Part shown: positions 19,384-29,304 of the stretch, in pieces | Numbering within the stretch: position 1 is the stretch's first letter | Layout of the letters: every line of letters begins with the position of its first letter | NCBI GenBank assembly: GCA_943356745.1 | Contig: CALRFT010000003.1 | Coordinates: forward strand, 10,853-74,852 | Direction of reading: 5' to 3' | Length of the DNA stretch: 64,000 bases | From: Parcubacteria group bacterium | GTDB lineage: Bacteria > Patescibacteriota > Minisyncoccia > Phycocordibacterales > CSBR16-119 | Translations under genes and position numbers: made by a program | The notes under the pieces: model-generated | What the model was told of the DNA's origin: nothing | What the model saw: the letters and a program-made list of their open reading frames with translations, nothing else | Database searches by the model: none

Positions 19384-20199
19384 TTATGAAGCTATAGAGT
19401 ATCGACTCCAACGCTTCTCCCCTGTCTTTGAAAGTTTTCCTGTTTCAACAAGCTTAATCAGCATTCTTTGGATTGTTTTTTCACTTAATTCTGGAAACTC
19501 AAGTGAGACATCCCCCGCAGAAACCTCACCCTTTGTTTGAATAATTGAAATGATTTTTTCAAGTCTTTGATTGTTTGATTCCTGTCCTTTTTGAATGTCT
19601 TTTTGAAAGACTTCATCTGTCTTTTTGATTGTGTCTTTTTGGACAAATGGAACTGTGTTTTTTTCTGGTGCAGTTTTTTGAACTGGCTTTGGAGTAGGTT
19701 TGTTTTGAGTAATCGATTCCGGGAGAACAAACTCATGAATCGCCTTGTTATGGAAAGAAGAAGCAAGAAGAGATTGTGAATTAATCAAACCATATTTTTG
19801 ATTCAAGTCATCTCGAACAAATACAAGATATTCAGAGATAACCTTAAAGTTCATATCGGACACGAAACCAACAGACACACAAACTTTAAGGACATTAAGT
19901 ATTCTGTCGATGTAGTTTTGGGCTTCTGTTATTGTTTTCTTTGCCTGACTTGGAGATTCAATAGCAATTGAACCAACCAGAGCACTCAGTGAAACCGCGA
20001 GATTCCGAACATCTTTTCGAAGTGGATCTTCTTCGTCAATCAAGTCAGAAACAAGATACAAAGCTGTTACTATTTTTTGGGTTTTTGACTCAACCTCAAG
20101 CATTGTGTCTTTGAGTCCTCCATAAGTCTTTGAGAAATTATATGAGTTATTTGTGTCCATAAGTAGGTTTAGTATATCGGTCACAAGACGGTCTTGCAA
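19384..20199 (-). CDS. hypothetical protein with a C-terminal winged-helix-like DNA-binding segment
   Basis: 271 aa with a helical N-terminal half. The C-terminus ..GEVSAGDVSLEFPELSEKTIQRMLIKLVETGKLSKTGEKRWSRYSIAS resembles a wHTH. Divergently oriented to ftsK. Confidence 0.4.
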   Translation of the reverse strand: MQDRLVTDILNLLMDTNNSYNFSKTYGGLKDTMLEVESKTQKIVTALYLVSDLIDEEDPLRKDVRNLAVSLSALVGSIAIESPSQAKKTITEAQNYIDRILNVLKVCVSVGFVSDMNFKVISEYLVFVRDDLNQKYGLINSQSLLASSFHNKAIHEFVLPESITQNKPTPKPVQKTAPEKNTVPFVQKDTIKKTDEVFQKDIQKGQESNNQRLEKIISIIQTKGEVSAGDVSLEFPELSEKTIQRMLIKLVETGKLSKTGEKRWSRYSIAS

Positions 20200-20256
20200 G
20201 ACTACACAGAAAGAAAAAATATTGTGTGAATTTCCTTACAATTCAAGCTCTCTCCT

Positions 20257-22515
20257 GTGCTACAATACAGATATATGAGTAAAAGAAAAGTAAAAGAAAA
20301 ACAAGATATCCAAGATATCGATCAAGAACCAAAAGGTATTCAACTCAAGCAAGAAACAAAACACACTATTCTTTCAATAGTTTTCTTTGTTTTAGGTCTC
20401 TTTTTTACAGCTGCTATGTTTGGTATGGCGGATGTTGCGGGAGATAAAATGTATAAACTATTCTCAAAGATTTTTGGGGTTGGATATTTCCTTCTCCCTC
20501 TTGTACTTTTCTTTTTGGGAATATCTTTCTTTAAACTCAAAAAACCTAATGTTGGACTCTCTCATAGTCTCAGCGCCTTTACCTTTCTTTTCTCAAGTCT
20601 AGGAATTATCTTTATGATCGCCGGAGAACAAAAAGCTGGATATTTTGGATATGTCTTTGGGTGGCCAGCAAAAGAATTTTTTGGAATCTATTTCGGTATT
20701 GTCCTTTTGTTTGCTTTTGACCTTATTGCACTTCTTGTCCTTTTTGATAAAAGACCATCTGTAAGTAGTATGAAAGCATGGCTTCTTTCACTCTTTAACA
20801 AGAAACCACAAGAAGCAGTAGCTGATGACTTCGAAGAAGAACAAATACCAGAACCTATTGTAAACGCTCCACAAGAAGAACCTGAGGAAGAGGAAGTTCA
20901 ACCAACACCACGAAAAGGTTTGTTTAGTAGAAAGGTTGAAGAACCTGAGGAAGAAGAAGACGTGCCTGTACGAGCATTTGTTCCACTGGGAGAATATAAG
21001 ACACCTCCTCTCTCACTTCTTGAAAGAGATAAGGGACGAGTAAGTGTTGGAGACACAAAATCAAACTCTGTCCTTATAAAAAGGACATTACAAAACTTCG
21101 GTATCCCTGTCGAGATGGACGAAATCACTATCGGACCAACCGTTACTCGTTATGCACTCAAGCCAGCGCAAGGTGTCCGATTGTCACGAATCACGGCTTT
21201 GCAAAATGAAATAGCTCTTGCTCTCGCCGCCCCGTCTGTTCGTATCGAAGCTCCGATTCCTGGAAAGTCTCTTGTAGGAATCGAGATTCCAAACCAGACA
21301 AAATCAACACTGGGACTTGGAACACTTCTCGAGGACAAGGCATTTTCTGGAAATTCAAAACCGCTTACAGTTGGACTTGGAAAAGACATCTCAGGAAAAC
21401 CAAACTTCCAAAGTATCGCAAAAATGCCTCACCTTTTGATCGCAGGAACAACTGGTTCCGGAAAGTCCGTAACAGCTCATGCAATCATTACATCACTTCT
21501 TTACAGACATGGCCCAGAGGAACTTCGATTCATTATGGTTGACCCAAAGCGAGTTGAGCTCACACTCTATAACTCAATCCCCCATCTTTTGACTCCAGTG
21601 ATCACTGAACCAAAGAAAGCGATTCTCTCACTCAAATGGGCAGTCAAAGAAATGGAACGGCGGTACGACTTCCTTCAACAACAAACTGTTCGAGATATTA
21701 GTTCGTACCATGAAAAACGAAGAGAGATGATTAAAGAGTTTGGAGAAGATTCTGAAGAAGCGCAAGAACTTGAAACAATGCCTTATATTGTTGTTATCAT
21801 CGACGAACTTGCAGACATCATGAGTACCTACCCACGGGAACTTGAAGCTGGAATTGTACGCCTCGCTCAAATGTCACGAGCTGTTGGAATCCACCTCATT
21901 CTCTCAACACAGCGTCCTGACTCAAATGTTATTACAGGACTCATCAAGGCAAACATTCCAGCCCGAATCGCTCTTAAGGTATCAAGTCAGATAAACTCAC
22001 GAATTATCATCGACGACACAGGAGCAGAAAAACTTCTCGGTGCAGGAGACATGCTCTACTCTTCTGGAGAAAAAGCACCAGAACGACTCCAGTGTCCGTT
22101 TGTAACAGAAAAAGAAGTAAAGGAGGTTGTGAAGTTCATCAAGAATAATTGTGATATTCTTCCAGACGAAATAAACCTCAGCAGCAACGAAAATCTTTCT
22201 GGAATTGGAAGTAATACAATATTCGGACAATCTCTCGAAGATAGTGACAATGGTGACGATGATGATTTATATGAAGAAGCAAGACAGGTTGTGATTGAGT
22301 CACGAAAAGCAAGTACATCATTCCTACAAAGAAAACTGAAAATTGGATACTCTCGAGCAGCAAGAATCATCGACATACTTGAAGAGCGAGGAGTAATCAG
22401 TGGACAAAATGGATCCAAGGCACGAGAAGTTTTGGAAGAATCACCAAATGGTGGTGGAGCCTATAACTATAGTGAGGATGACACGAATGAATATCCTGAA
22501 GACAAGAGATTTTAA
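20257..22515 (+). CDS. ftsK: DNA translocase FtsK/SpoIIIE
   Basis: N-terminal TM helices, acidic linker, then the motor domain with Walker A LLIAGTTGSGKSV and Walker B VVIIDELADIM, and a C-terminal gamma winged-helix domain. The start may be the Met at 20272. Confidence 0.9.
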   Translation: MLQYRYMSKRKVKEKQDIQDIDQEPKGIQLKQETKHTILSIVFFVLGLFFTAAMFGMADVAGDKMYKLFSKIFGVGYFLLPLVLFFLGISFFKLKKPNVGLSHSLSAFTFLFSSLGIIFMIAGEQKAGYFGYVFGWPAKEFFGIYFGIVLLFAFDLIALLVLFDKRPSVSSMKAWLLSLFNKKPQEAVADDFEEEQIPEPIVNAPQEEPEEEEVQPTPRKGLFSRKVEEPEEEEDVPVRAFVPLGEYKTPPLSLLERDKGRVSVGDTKSNSVLIKRTLQNFGIPVEMDEITIGPTVTRYALKPAQGVRLSRITALQNEIALALAAPSVRIEAPIPGKSLVGIEIPNQTKSTLGLGTLLEDKAFSGNSKPLTVGLGKDISGKPNFQSIAKMPHLLIAGTTGSGKSVTAHAIITSLLYRHGPEELRFIMVDPKRVELTLYNSIPHLLTPVITEPKKAILSLKWAVKEMERRYDFLQQQTVRDISSYHEKRREMIKEFGEDSEEAQELETMPYIVVIIDELADIMSTYPRELEAGIVRLAQMSRAVGIHLILSTQRPDSNVITGLIKANIPARIALKVSSQINSRIIIDDTGAEKLLGAGDMLYSSGEKAPERLQCPFVTEKEVKEVVKFIKNNCDILPDEINLSSNENLSGIGSNTIFGQSLEDSDNGDDDDLYEEARQVVIESRKASTSFLQRKLKIGYSRAARIIDILEERGVISGQNGSKAREVLEESPNGGGAYNYSEDDTNEYPEDKRF

Positions 22516-22520
22516 TTGAT

Positions 22521-23021
22521 ATGGAATATAAAAAATCTTTTAAGTATCTTGTCCGAACTGGACTCATCATCTTACTATTTTTATTCATAATCATATACGC
22601 ACGCAGTCGAACCTCATTTCTTTCTCAAGGTGTTTCCCTGTCAGTTGAGAATCTCGAAGATGGACAAAAATTTTCTTCGAGAGTTCTCAATCTTGAAGGC
22701 ACAGCAAAACGAGCAGTGATGCTGACTATCAATAATCGAGAAGTTCTCATTGATGAAAATGGAGATTTTAAGGATACACTTATCCTCTACCCCGGTCTCA
22801 ATATTCTTACGATTGAGGCGCAGGATAAGTTCGAAAACTACAAACAGTTACGCTACAGTGTTTGGAATACAAGTGAAACAAATGTGACTCACCTGAAAGA
22901 AAACTTTGAAGCACACATATACCAAGAAGAAATTGAGGAGTTAGAAAACATTGAAACATCCACGCAAGATGACACACGCATTGAAACAGAAGAATTAACA
23001 CAAGAAGAAATTACAAACTAG
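22521..23021 (+). CDS. hypothetical membrane-anchored protein
   Basis: 166 aa; one TM near the N-terminus, a beta-rich middle and an acidic C-terminal tail. No family recognised. Confidence 0.4.
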   Translation: MEYKKSFKYLVRTGLIILLFLFIIIYARSRTSFLSQGVSLSVENLEDGQKFSSRVLNLEGTAKRAVMLTINNREVLIDENGDFKDTLILYPGLNILTIEAQDKFENYKQLRYSVWNTSETNVTHLKENFEAHIYQEEIEELENIETSTQDDTRIETEELTQEEITN

Positions 23022-23032
23022 TTACTATATAT

Positions 23033-24088
23033 ATGGCTATCAAAAAGAAAACAGCAAAAGCTTCTTCATCAAGCGATGAAATCAAAAGTGGAAAAACAAG
23101 TCTTGAAGAAACTCTCAAGTCTATCCAAACAAAGTTTGGAGAAGGAGCAATTATGAAGCTCGGTGAACAACCAAAGGTGGATATTGGAGCAATTCCAACA
23201 GGATCAATCGGGCTTGATGCAGCGCTTGGAATCGGTGGACTTCCACGAGGACGAGTAGTTGAAATCTATGGACCAGAAAGTTCAGGAAAAACAACACTAA
23301 CGCTTCATATTATCGCCGAAGCACAAAAGGCTGGTGGAATCTGTGCGTTTATCGACGCAGAACATGCAATGGATCCAATTTATGCAAAGGCTCTTGGAGT
23401 AAAAACTGATGAACTTCTTATTTCTCAACCTGATACAGGAGAACAAGCACTTGAGATTACAGAAAGTCTTGTACGAAGTGGAAATATTGATGTAATCGTA
23501 ATCGACTCTGTAGCAGCGCTCACTCCAAAAGATGAAATTGAAGGTGATATGGGATCACACCAGGTTGGAAAACAAGCAAGACTTATGAGTCAAGCACTTC
23601 GAAAGCTTACTGCGCTCACTTCAAAATCAAAAACAATGATTATCTTCATCAACCAGATTCGTATGAAGATTGGAGTGATGTTTGGATCTCCAGAAACAAC
23701 AACGGGAGGAAATGCTCTTAAATTCTATTCTTCTGTTCGTCTTGATATCCGAAAGATTGCTCAAATTAAGAAAGGTGAAGATGTTGTTGGTTCTCGAACA
23801 CGAGTAAAAGTGGTAAAGAACAAGGTTGCATCTCCATTTAAACAAACTGAGTTTGATATTATCTACGGAGAAGGAATCTCACTCGAAGGAGAAATGCTTG
23901 CACTTGGAGAATCGATGGGAATTGTTAAGAAATCAGGCGCAATGTATTCATATCTTGCGGAAGGAAAAGAGGAAGTAAAACTTGGACGAGGATATGACGC
24001 AACAAGACAATTCTTGAAAGAATCTGAAAACAAAAAAGTTCGTGATGAAATCTTGAAGGCGATTACAAAAAAATTGAAGGATATTTAA
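23033..24088 (+). CDS. recA: recombinase RecA
   Basis: [47 protein letters not shown].. is near-canonical RecA. Confidence 0.97.
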   Translation: MAIKKKTAKASSSSDEIKSGKTSLEETLKSIQTKFGEGAIMKLGEQPKVDIGAIPTGSIGLDAALGIGGLPRGRVVEIYGPESSGKTTLTLHIIAEAQKAGGICAFIDAEHAMDPIYAKALGVKTDELLISQPDTGEQALEITESLVRSGNIDVIVIDSVAALTPKDEIEGDMGSHQVGKQARLMSQALRKLTALTSKSKTMIIFINQIRMKIGVMFGSPETTTGGNALKFYSSVRLDIRKIAQIKKGEDVVGSRTRVKVVKNKVASPFKQTEFDIIYGEGISLEGEMLALGESMGIVKKSGAMYSYLAEGKEEVKLGRGYDATRQFLKESENKKVRDEILKAITKKLKDI

Positions 24089-24092
24089 AAAC

Positions 24093-24127
24093 AAAAAGCG
24101 GGACGCCAAAGGCGTCCCGCTTTTTGT
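24093..24127. terminator. bidirectional terminator aaaaagcgggacgcc-aaa-ggcgtcccgcttttt between recA and efp
   Basis: 12-bp GC-rich stem flanked by A-run and T-run. Confidence 0.75.
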
Positions 24128-24128
24128 T

Positions 24129-24719
24129 TTATTCATCAAACATTCCTTCTTTATATCGTTCGATATATTCCCCTGTTCCAGTGTTTACCACAATCTTTTC
24201 TCCAGCTTCGATGAAGAACGGAGTAAGGACTGTTGCTCCTGTTGAAATAACTACAGGCTTTCCACTTCCAGAAACAGTGTTTCCTTTGATGTTTGGTGGA
24301 GCTTCTTTTACTTCATACACATCTTTGATTGGAAGTTCCAAATCAAAGATTGTATCTTCTTTAAAGACTCGTGCAGAATAGACACGATTTGCAAGCATGA
24401 ACTTTGTTTTATCCCCCACAACATCGAGAGAGATGGTGAATCGTTCTTTTGGATCTTTTGGATTACAAAACCAAAGTTCTGCGCCTTTTTGATATAAATA
24501 TTTTACCTCTTTTTTTGCAACTTCTGCTTCATTTACCTTTTCAGATTGGTGAAATGAATGCTCGATAGTTCGTCCACTAATCAAATTTCTGAGAGTTGTT
24601 TGATTAACTGGCTTTCGTTGTTGTTTTCGAAAAATATGAGAGTCGATAACCTCCCACGGTTCTTCGTCAAATACGATAACTGTTTTTGGTTTTATTTCGT
24701 TATATTCAAGCATACGCAT
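24129..24719 (-). CDS. efp: translation elongation factor P
   Basis: 196 aa with the EF-P/KOW-like N-terminal domain pattern and three-domain length. Confidence 0.8.
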   Translation of the reverse strand: MRMLEYNEIKPKTVIVFDEEPWEVIDSHIFRKQQRKPVNQTTLRNLISGRTIEHSFHQSEKVNEAEVAKKEVKYLYQKGAELWFCNPKDPKERFTISLDVVGDKTKFMLANRVYSARVFKEDTIFDLELPIKDVYEVKEAPPNIKGNTVSGSGKPVVISTGATVLTPFFIEAGEKIVVNTGTGEYIERYKEGMFDE

Positions 24720-24746
24720 CTACTCTATAGCATTTCAACAAAAAAG

Positions 24747-24770
24747 AAAAGCCCCAAGATTGGGGCTTTT
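24747..24770 (-). terminator. hairpin aaaagcccc-aagat-tggggctttt between rpsR and efp
   Basis: Stem plus U-run. Confidence 0.6.
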
Positions 24771-24784
24771 CTGTTCCTCTATCT

Positions 24785-24979
24785 TTATTTTGCAACGAAT
24801 GGAAGAAGTCCCATAAATCGTGCTCGTTTGATAGCTTCTGCTACATGTCGTTGATGTTTTGCAGAAAGTTGTGTTCGTCGTCGTGGCATGATTTTACCAG
24901 ATGGACTCACAAACATTCGCAAGATTTCAAGATCTTTGTAGTCGATGTGTTTGATATTATTTTGAGTAAAGTAATCCAT
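24785..24979 (-). CDS. rpsR: 30S ribosomal protein S18
   Basis: 64 aa; ..[45 protein letters not shown] is canonical S18. Confidence 0.9.
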   Translation of the reverse strand: MDYFTQNNIKHIDYKDLEILRMFVSPSGKIMPRRRTQLSAKHQRHVAEAIKRARFMGLLPFVAK

Positions 24980-24999
24980 AATACTAATGTAATTAATTA

Positions 25000-25461
25000 T
25001 TAGAATGGAATATCTTCAGGGTTGATATCCTCTTCAGGATAATCAACAGAATCAATCATTGGTGGTTCTTGTTCTTCTGATCCACCTGCGTTATTTGAAG
25101 AAGAAACCGGAGAAGGTGCTGCACCAGGTGCTCCACCCGTTCTTGGACCAAATTGGAATTTCTCAGCAAGAATTTCTGTTCGGTATTGTTTCTTTCCATC
25201 TTGATCCCAACTTCTGGTTTGAAGTCGTCCTTCAACATAGATTGAACTTCCCTTTTTCATATACTGAGCAATTGTTTCTGCTTGTTTACCAAACGAAACA
25301 ATGTTGTGGTAATCTGTCGCTTCTTGTTTTTGTCGATTTTGGTCATACCAAACTCGATTTGTAGCAACAGAGAAACTCACAACCTTAACTCCAGATGGCA
25401 ATGATTTGAGTTCTGGATCCCGTGTAAGATTTCCGATAATTGTAGCGCGATTTAGATACAT
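25000..25461 (-). CDS. ssb: single-stranded DNA-binding protein
   Basis: OB-fold N-terminus [19 protein letters not shown].., Gly/Pro-rich linker and acidic tail ending ..DIPF. Confidence 0.9.
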   Translation of the reverse strand: MYLNRATIIGNLTRDPELKSLPSGVKVVSFSVATNRVWYDQNRQKQEATDYHNIVSFGKQAETIAQYMKKGSSIYVEGRLQTRSWDQDGKKQYRTEILAEKFQFGPRTGGAPGAAPSPVSSSNNAGGSEEQEPPMIDSVDYPEEDINPEDIPF

Positions 25462-25537
25462 ATTTGAGACACTATTAGTAAATAATGATTCTATTGTACC
25501 CTATCTTTGCTTGTTGACACAAATAGAGATTTCTATT

Positions 25538-26017
25538 TTAGTCGTTTGTTTCAACAGTAGCTGTTTCTTCAACAAGCTTGTCGATTTCTTGGTCTACAAC
25601 CTCTTCATCAATCGGAGCCGCTACAACTTCTTCTTTTACAATTGAAGTTGATCGAGCTGATTTTGGTGAAAGAAGTGCAGCTACACTTTTCTTTGCAGAA
25701 AGAGTATTTTCTCGAACAGTTGTTACGATAAGGTATCGTAGTAGTGACTTGTTCAAATCAAGTGCCTTTTTAATCTTTGCTACAGAATCAGATTCTGCTT
25801 CAAATTTTACCCACCCAAAGTATGCTTGGTCAAATCGAACGTTTTTTGTATCAATTCGCTTTGTCATTTCATATTGAAGGTTGATAAGTGATGGATATTC
25901 ATCTCCAATCACCTTTGCTTCTACGCCAGCAAGAGTTTCTTTCAATTTTGAAACTTCTGGAGCAAGAGCATCTTCTCCCACAGTTGGAAGAACGAGGTAA
26001 CTTACTTCGTAAATCAT
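25538..26017 (-). CDS. rpsF: 30S ribosomal protein S6 with a C-terminal extension
   Basis: MIYEVSYLVLPTVGED..WVKFEAES.. The start is taken at the internal Met of the track ORF (26017). S6-SSB-S18 is the classic operon. Confidence 0.8.
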   Translation of the reverse strand: MIYEVSYLVLPTVGEDALAPEVSKLKETLAGVEAKVIGDEYPSLINLQYEMTKRIDTKNVRFDQAYFGWVKFEAESDSVAKIKKALDLNKSLLRYLIVTTVRENTLSAKKSVAALLSPKSARSTSIVKEEVVAAPIDEEVVDQEIDKLVEETATVETND

Positions 26018-26054
26018 AGTGATATTTTTGTTAGTAATAAATTGGTCCGAAAAC

Positions 26055-26085
26055 AAAAAACGGACGAAGTCCGTCCGTTTTTTGT
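26055..26085. terminator. hairpin aaaaaacggacg-aagt-cgtccgtttttt
   Basis: Perfect stem, flanked by A-run and T-run. Confidence 0.65.
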
Positions 26086-26194
26086 TACAAGAAGACGCAA
26101 AAGCGCCTGGTACCTATTCACGGACTATGCGTATCCTCATGGATACGAAATAGGTACTACGAGCTGTATACTACCAGAATAGTTCTCGTCTGGC

Positions 26195-26230
26195 AAGAAA
26201 AAGAAAGACCGCGACTTCGTCGCGGTCTTA
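26195..26230 (-). terminator. hairpin aagaccgcgac-ttcgt-cgcggtctt with a T-rich tail on the minus strand, downstream of the 26259..26891 gene
   Basis: GC-rich 10-bp stem. Confidence 0.6.
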
Positions 26231-26258
26231 AGTTCTAAGAACTAATTTTTAAGAAATA

Positions 26259-26891
26259 CTAAGATCCTGAAACCTCAGCACTCTTCTTGCGAACACACCC
26301 GAAAAACCAGTAGCCACCCCAGCCATTGTCATTCCGATAGATATGCACCTTGCGCTTACCATCCCAACGGCCGAAACACGCGTAGCAAACTTTACCATTC
26401 TTGTCTCGCCACTGAGTGGCATTTGGAATAGTGTCAGCAAGTGCAGGGTCTGCTTCGTTGAGAGCACACAGTGTGATTGGATCAACAAGCACGAAGCCTG
26501 CTTTGTCGACCTCTTGTTCAAGAGCGTCGACTGAAAGCTGTTGTTTGAAAGGAATGAGATAGAGGTCTACCTCTTCACCTTCTCCTATCGGCATCACCTT
26601 CACAACAGTATTTTCTGTGTACTGTGTGCAACCTGTGGCATCGATAGCTTGTTGTGGAGATCGACTTCGGTTCACCTTTACCTTGCGGATGATGAAATTT
26701 GAGATAGCTTCAACACGTGTACGGAACACTTGAAAGTGTTCTTCAGCAAGCTCGGATTGTCCGAGAACTGTTTGTACAGCTTCCGAATTGAATTCTCCTG
26801 CGTGCTTTTCAAGCAAAGCTCGGTAGTTTGCAACAGCTTTGTCAATCTGGCCTTTGGTCATTTTTTTGATTTCTGATGGGGTCATTTTCAT
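26259..26891 (-). CDS. hypothetical protein (orphan, noticeably higher GC than neighbours)
   Basis: 210 aa with no family recognised. It is C/W/G-rich near the C-terminus (..CYACFGRWDGKRKVHIYRNDNGWGGYWFFGC..). It has its own promoter-like TTGACA element and its own terminator. Confidence 0.5.
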   Translation of the reverse strand: MKMTPSEIKKMTKGQIDKAVANYRALLEKHAGEFNSEAVQTVLGQSELAEEHFQVFRTRVEAISNFIIRKVKVNRSRSPQQAIDATGCTQYTENTVVKVMPIGEGEEVDLYLIPFKQQLSVDALEQEVDKAGFVLVDPITLCALNEADPALADTIPNATQWRDKNGKVCYACFGRWDGKRKVHIYRNDNGWGGYWFFGCVRKKSAEVSGS

Positions 26892-26996
26892 GGCGTCATC
26901 TGTTTGTTTTTAAATAACTATACCCGCTTTGTTTGAATACAAAACCTCGTAGTTTGATATTATATTGTCATGATATATATAATTTGTCAATATATT

Positions 26997-27026
26997 CAAA
27001 AGCGAAGCCGGAGGCTTCGCTTTTTA
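26997..27026 (-). terminator. hairpin aaaagcgaagcc-ggag-gcttcgcttttt overlapping the tatD stop
   Basis: Perfect 10-bp stem plus T-run. Confidence 0.6.
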
Positions 27027-27827
27027 GTTTGGTATCCCAAACACTCGTTTTCGATTTTCTGCAAAAACTGTTTGAACCTCCTCGAGAGAAAGACCTTTCA
27101 GCTCTGCAATTTTTTTGTATACTTCTTCCACCATATACGGTTCACATCGTTTTCCTCTGTGAGATTTTGGTGCCACAAACGGTGCGTCTGTTTCTGCCAT
27201 CATCATATCAAGCGGAACATGTCTCACCACTTCATCATAGTCACTTGTGATTGTAATCACTCCAGTAAAAGAAACTGTAAATCCAATCTCAAGAAATCTG
27301 TCCGCAATTTCTTTAGTTCCTACGAAAAAGTGTGAGTTACCTTTGAGTTTTGGATTTTCTTTTTTGTATTCTTCCAAAATTTCAAGTGTTTCAAGATATG
27401 CATCATATGAGTTTTGACTCGGACGAATATGCAACATGAGCGGAAGATCAAGATACAAGGCAAGTTCGATTTGTTGTTTGAATACTTCTTTTTGCGTATC
27501 CTTTCCCACATGGTCATTTGGGTCGATTCTGAAATAATCGAGTCCACACTCACCAATCGCAACAACTTTTGGATTCATCGCAATATCTTTGTAAAACTCA
27601 GTATCAAATTCTTCTTCGGTTACATTATCAGGATGAAGCCCAACACAGGCGAAAATATGTTCATGTTCACCTGCTAGACTTTTTGCTTTTTCTGAGGTTG
27701 CCTTATCTACCCCAACACAGATAGTTCCAATACTCTTTTCTTTATGGGATTCAATCACCACATTCAAATCGCCATCGAAAGAATCGAGGTTGAAGTGGCT
27801 ATGAATATCAAAAAAGTTGTATTTCAT
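27024..27827 (-). CDS. tatD: TatD-family metal-dependent hydrolase (DNase)
   Basis: MKYNFFDIHSHFN.. (HxH), ..LHIR.. , ..METDAPF.. are TatD/amidohydrolase motifs. Start is at the internal Met (27827); the track ORF extends to 27881. Confidence 0.8.
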   Translation of the reverse strand: MKYNFFDIHSHFNLDSFDGDLNVVIESHKEKSIGTICVGVDKATSEKAKSLAGEHEHIFACVGLHPDNVTEEEFDTEFYKDIAMNPKVVAIGECGLDYFRIDPNDHVGKDTQKEVFKQQIELALYLDLPLMLHIRPSQNSYDAYLETLEILEEYKKENPKLKGNSHFFVGTKEIADRFLEIGFTVSFTGVITITSDYDEVVRHVPLDMMMAETDAPFVAPKSHRGKRCEPYMVEEVYKKIAELKGLSLEEVQTVFAENRKRVFGIPN

Positions 27828-27831
27828 ATTA

Positions 27832-29304
27832 TTAGGCAAGACGTGGAAAGATTGGCGCCGCTGGAACTTCTTTATTTGCAACAGCCTGCTTTATCTTTTC
27901 AGAAGCTTCTGGCATGAATGGTTCCAAAAGAACTCCTATATACCAAAGGTTGATCATGAGACGTGCAACATCTTCTTTTGCAGCTTCTTCATCCACCTTA
28001 ATTTTCTTGAATGGCTCTTCACGAGTTATGAAAGTATCCATTTCTCGAATTTCCTTGAAAAGATATTGCAAAGATTTTTGCGGAACAAAATTGTTCATGT
28101 GGTCATGAAATTCTGGTGAGACAAACTCTTTGTCTTCCCATACCTCTTCAGGACTTGGAAGCGCAACAGTGACATCATATGAAGACGCCATTTTTACGAT
28201 TCTGTTTGTAAGGTTTCCGATTCCGTTTACCAAGTGAGCTGTGTACGCATCTTTAATAAGATCAAGAGAAATCGGTGAATCTTCAAACGGACTTACTTCA
28301 TTCACAAGATAAAATCGAAGCGCATCAACTGGAAGCAAAGCCAAAACTTCGTCTGGAGAAAGAACATTTCCAAGACTCTTTGACATCTTTCTTCCATCTG
28401 GACCATTCAAAAATCCATTAATGAGAATTGTTTGTGTTGGCGGAAGTTCTGCCGCCATAAGCATCGCTTGCCACATTGCACTTTGCTGACGAAGATTGTC
28501 CTTTCCCGCAATTTGCACTGTTTGTCCTTCTTCCCAAAACTTTGTAAAGTTTTCACTGTTTGGCCATCCAAGTGTTGAGATATAGTTTACCAAAGCATCA
28601 AACCAAACATACATTACTTGCTCATCATCTCCTGGAACTGGAACACCCCACGGCATTTTTTCTTTTGAGCGAGAAATTGAAAAATCTTGAAGACCTCCTG
28701 ACACAAAAGATTTGATTTCTTCAAACCGAAAATCTGGTCGAATAAAATCTTTGTTGACTTCATAGTAATCCAAAAGCGGTTGAGTAAATTCAGAAAATTT
28801 AAAGAAATAGTTTTCTTCTTCGATAATTTCTAAATCTCTGTTTGGGTGAATTGGACATTTTCCATCCACAAGTTCACTATCTGTCTTTTCGAGTTCACAT
28901 CCGACGCAGTATTTTGCTTGATAGTTTTTCTTGTAGATATATCCATTCTTGTCTACCAACTTCCAAAATTCCTGAGCTGCTTTTTTGTGATGTTCATCTG
29001 TAGTTCGAATAAAGGTTACATCATCGTACAAATCAAGGGTGTCTTTGAGAAGCTTAAAACGCTGAGAAAGTTTGTCAGTAAACGCTTGGGTTTCCATTCC
29101 CTCTTTTTGAGCTGATTCCCAAATCTTTTTTCCGTGTTCATCTGTTCCTGTATTGAAAAATACATCATGCCCAGTGAGTGCTTTGTAGCGAGCAAGCGCA
29201 TCAGCTCTAATAATTTCCATTGCAAAACCAATATGTGGCTCAGCATTGATATATGGAAGCGTTGTTGTTATATAGAATGATTTATTATTTTTCATGTTCT
29301 TCAA
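27832..29304 (-). CDS. metG: methionyl-tRNA synthetase (short form, 490 aa)
   Basis: ..YITTTLPYINAEPHIGFAMEII.. (HIGH-like region), ..KMSKSLGNV.. and a class I Rossmann fold. Confidence 0.9.
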   Translation of the reverse strand: MKNMKNNKSFYITTTLPYINAEPHIGFAMEIIRADALARYKALTGHDVFFNTGTDEHGKKIWESAQKEGMETQAFTDKLSQRFKLLKDTLDLYDDVTFIRTTDEHHKKAAQEFWKLVDKNGYIYKKNYQAKYCVGCELEKTDSELVDGKCPIHPNRDLEIIEEENYFFKFSEFTQPLLDYYEVNKDFIRPDFRFEEIKSFVSGGLQDFSISRSKEKMPWGVPVPGDDEQVMYVWFDALVNYISTLGWPNSENFTKFWEEGQTVQIAGKDNLRQQSAMWQAMLMAAELPPTQTILINGFLNGPDGRKMSKSLGNVLSPDEVLALLPVDALRFYLVNEVSPFEDSPISLDLIKDAYTAHLVNGIGNLTNRIVKMASSYDVTVALPSPEEVWEDKEFVSPEFHDHMNNFVPQKSLQYLFKEIREMDTFITREEPFKKIKVDEEAAKEDVARLMINLWYIGVLLEPFMPEASEKIKQAVANKEVPAAPIFPRLA

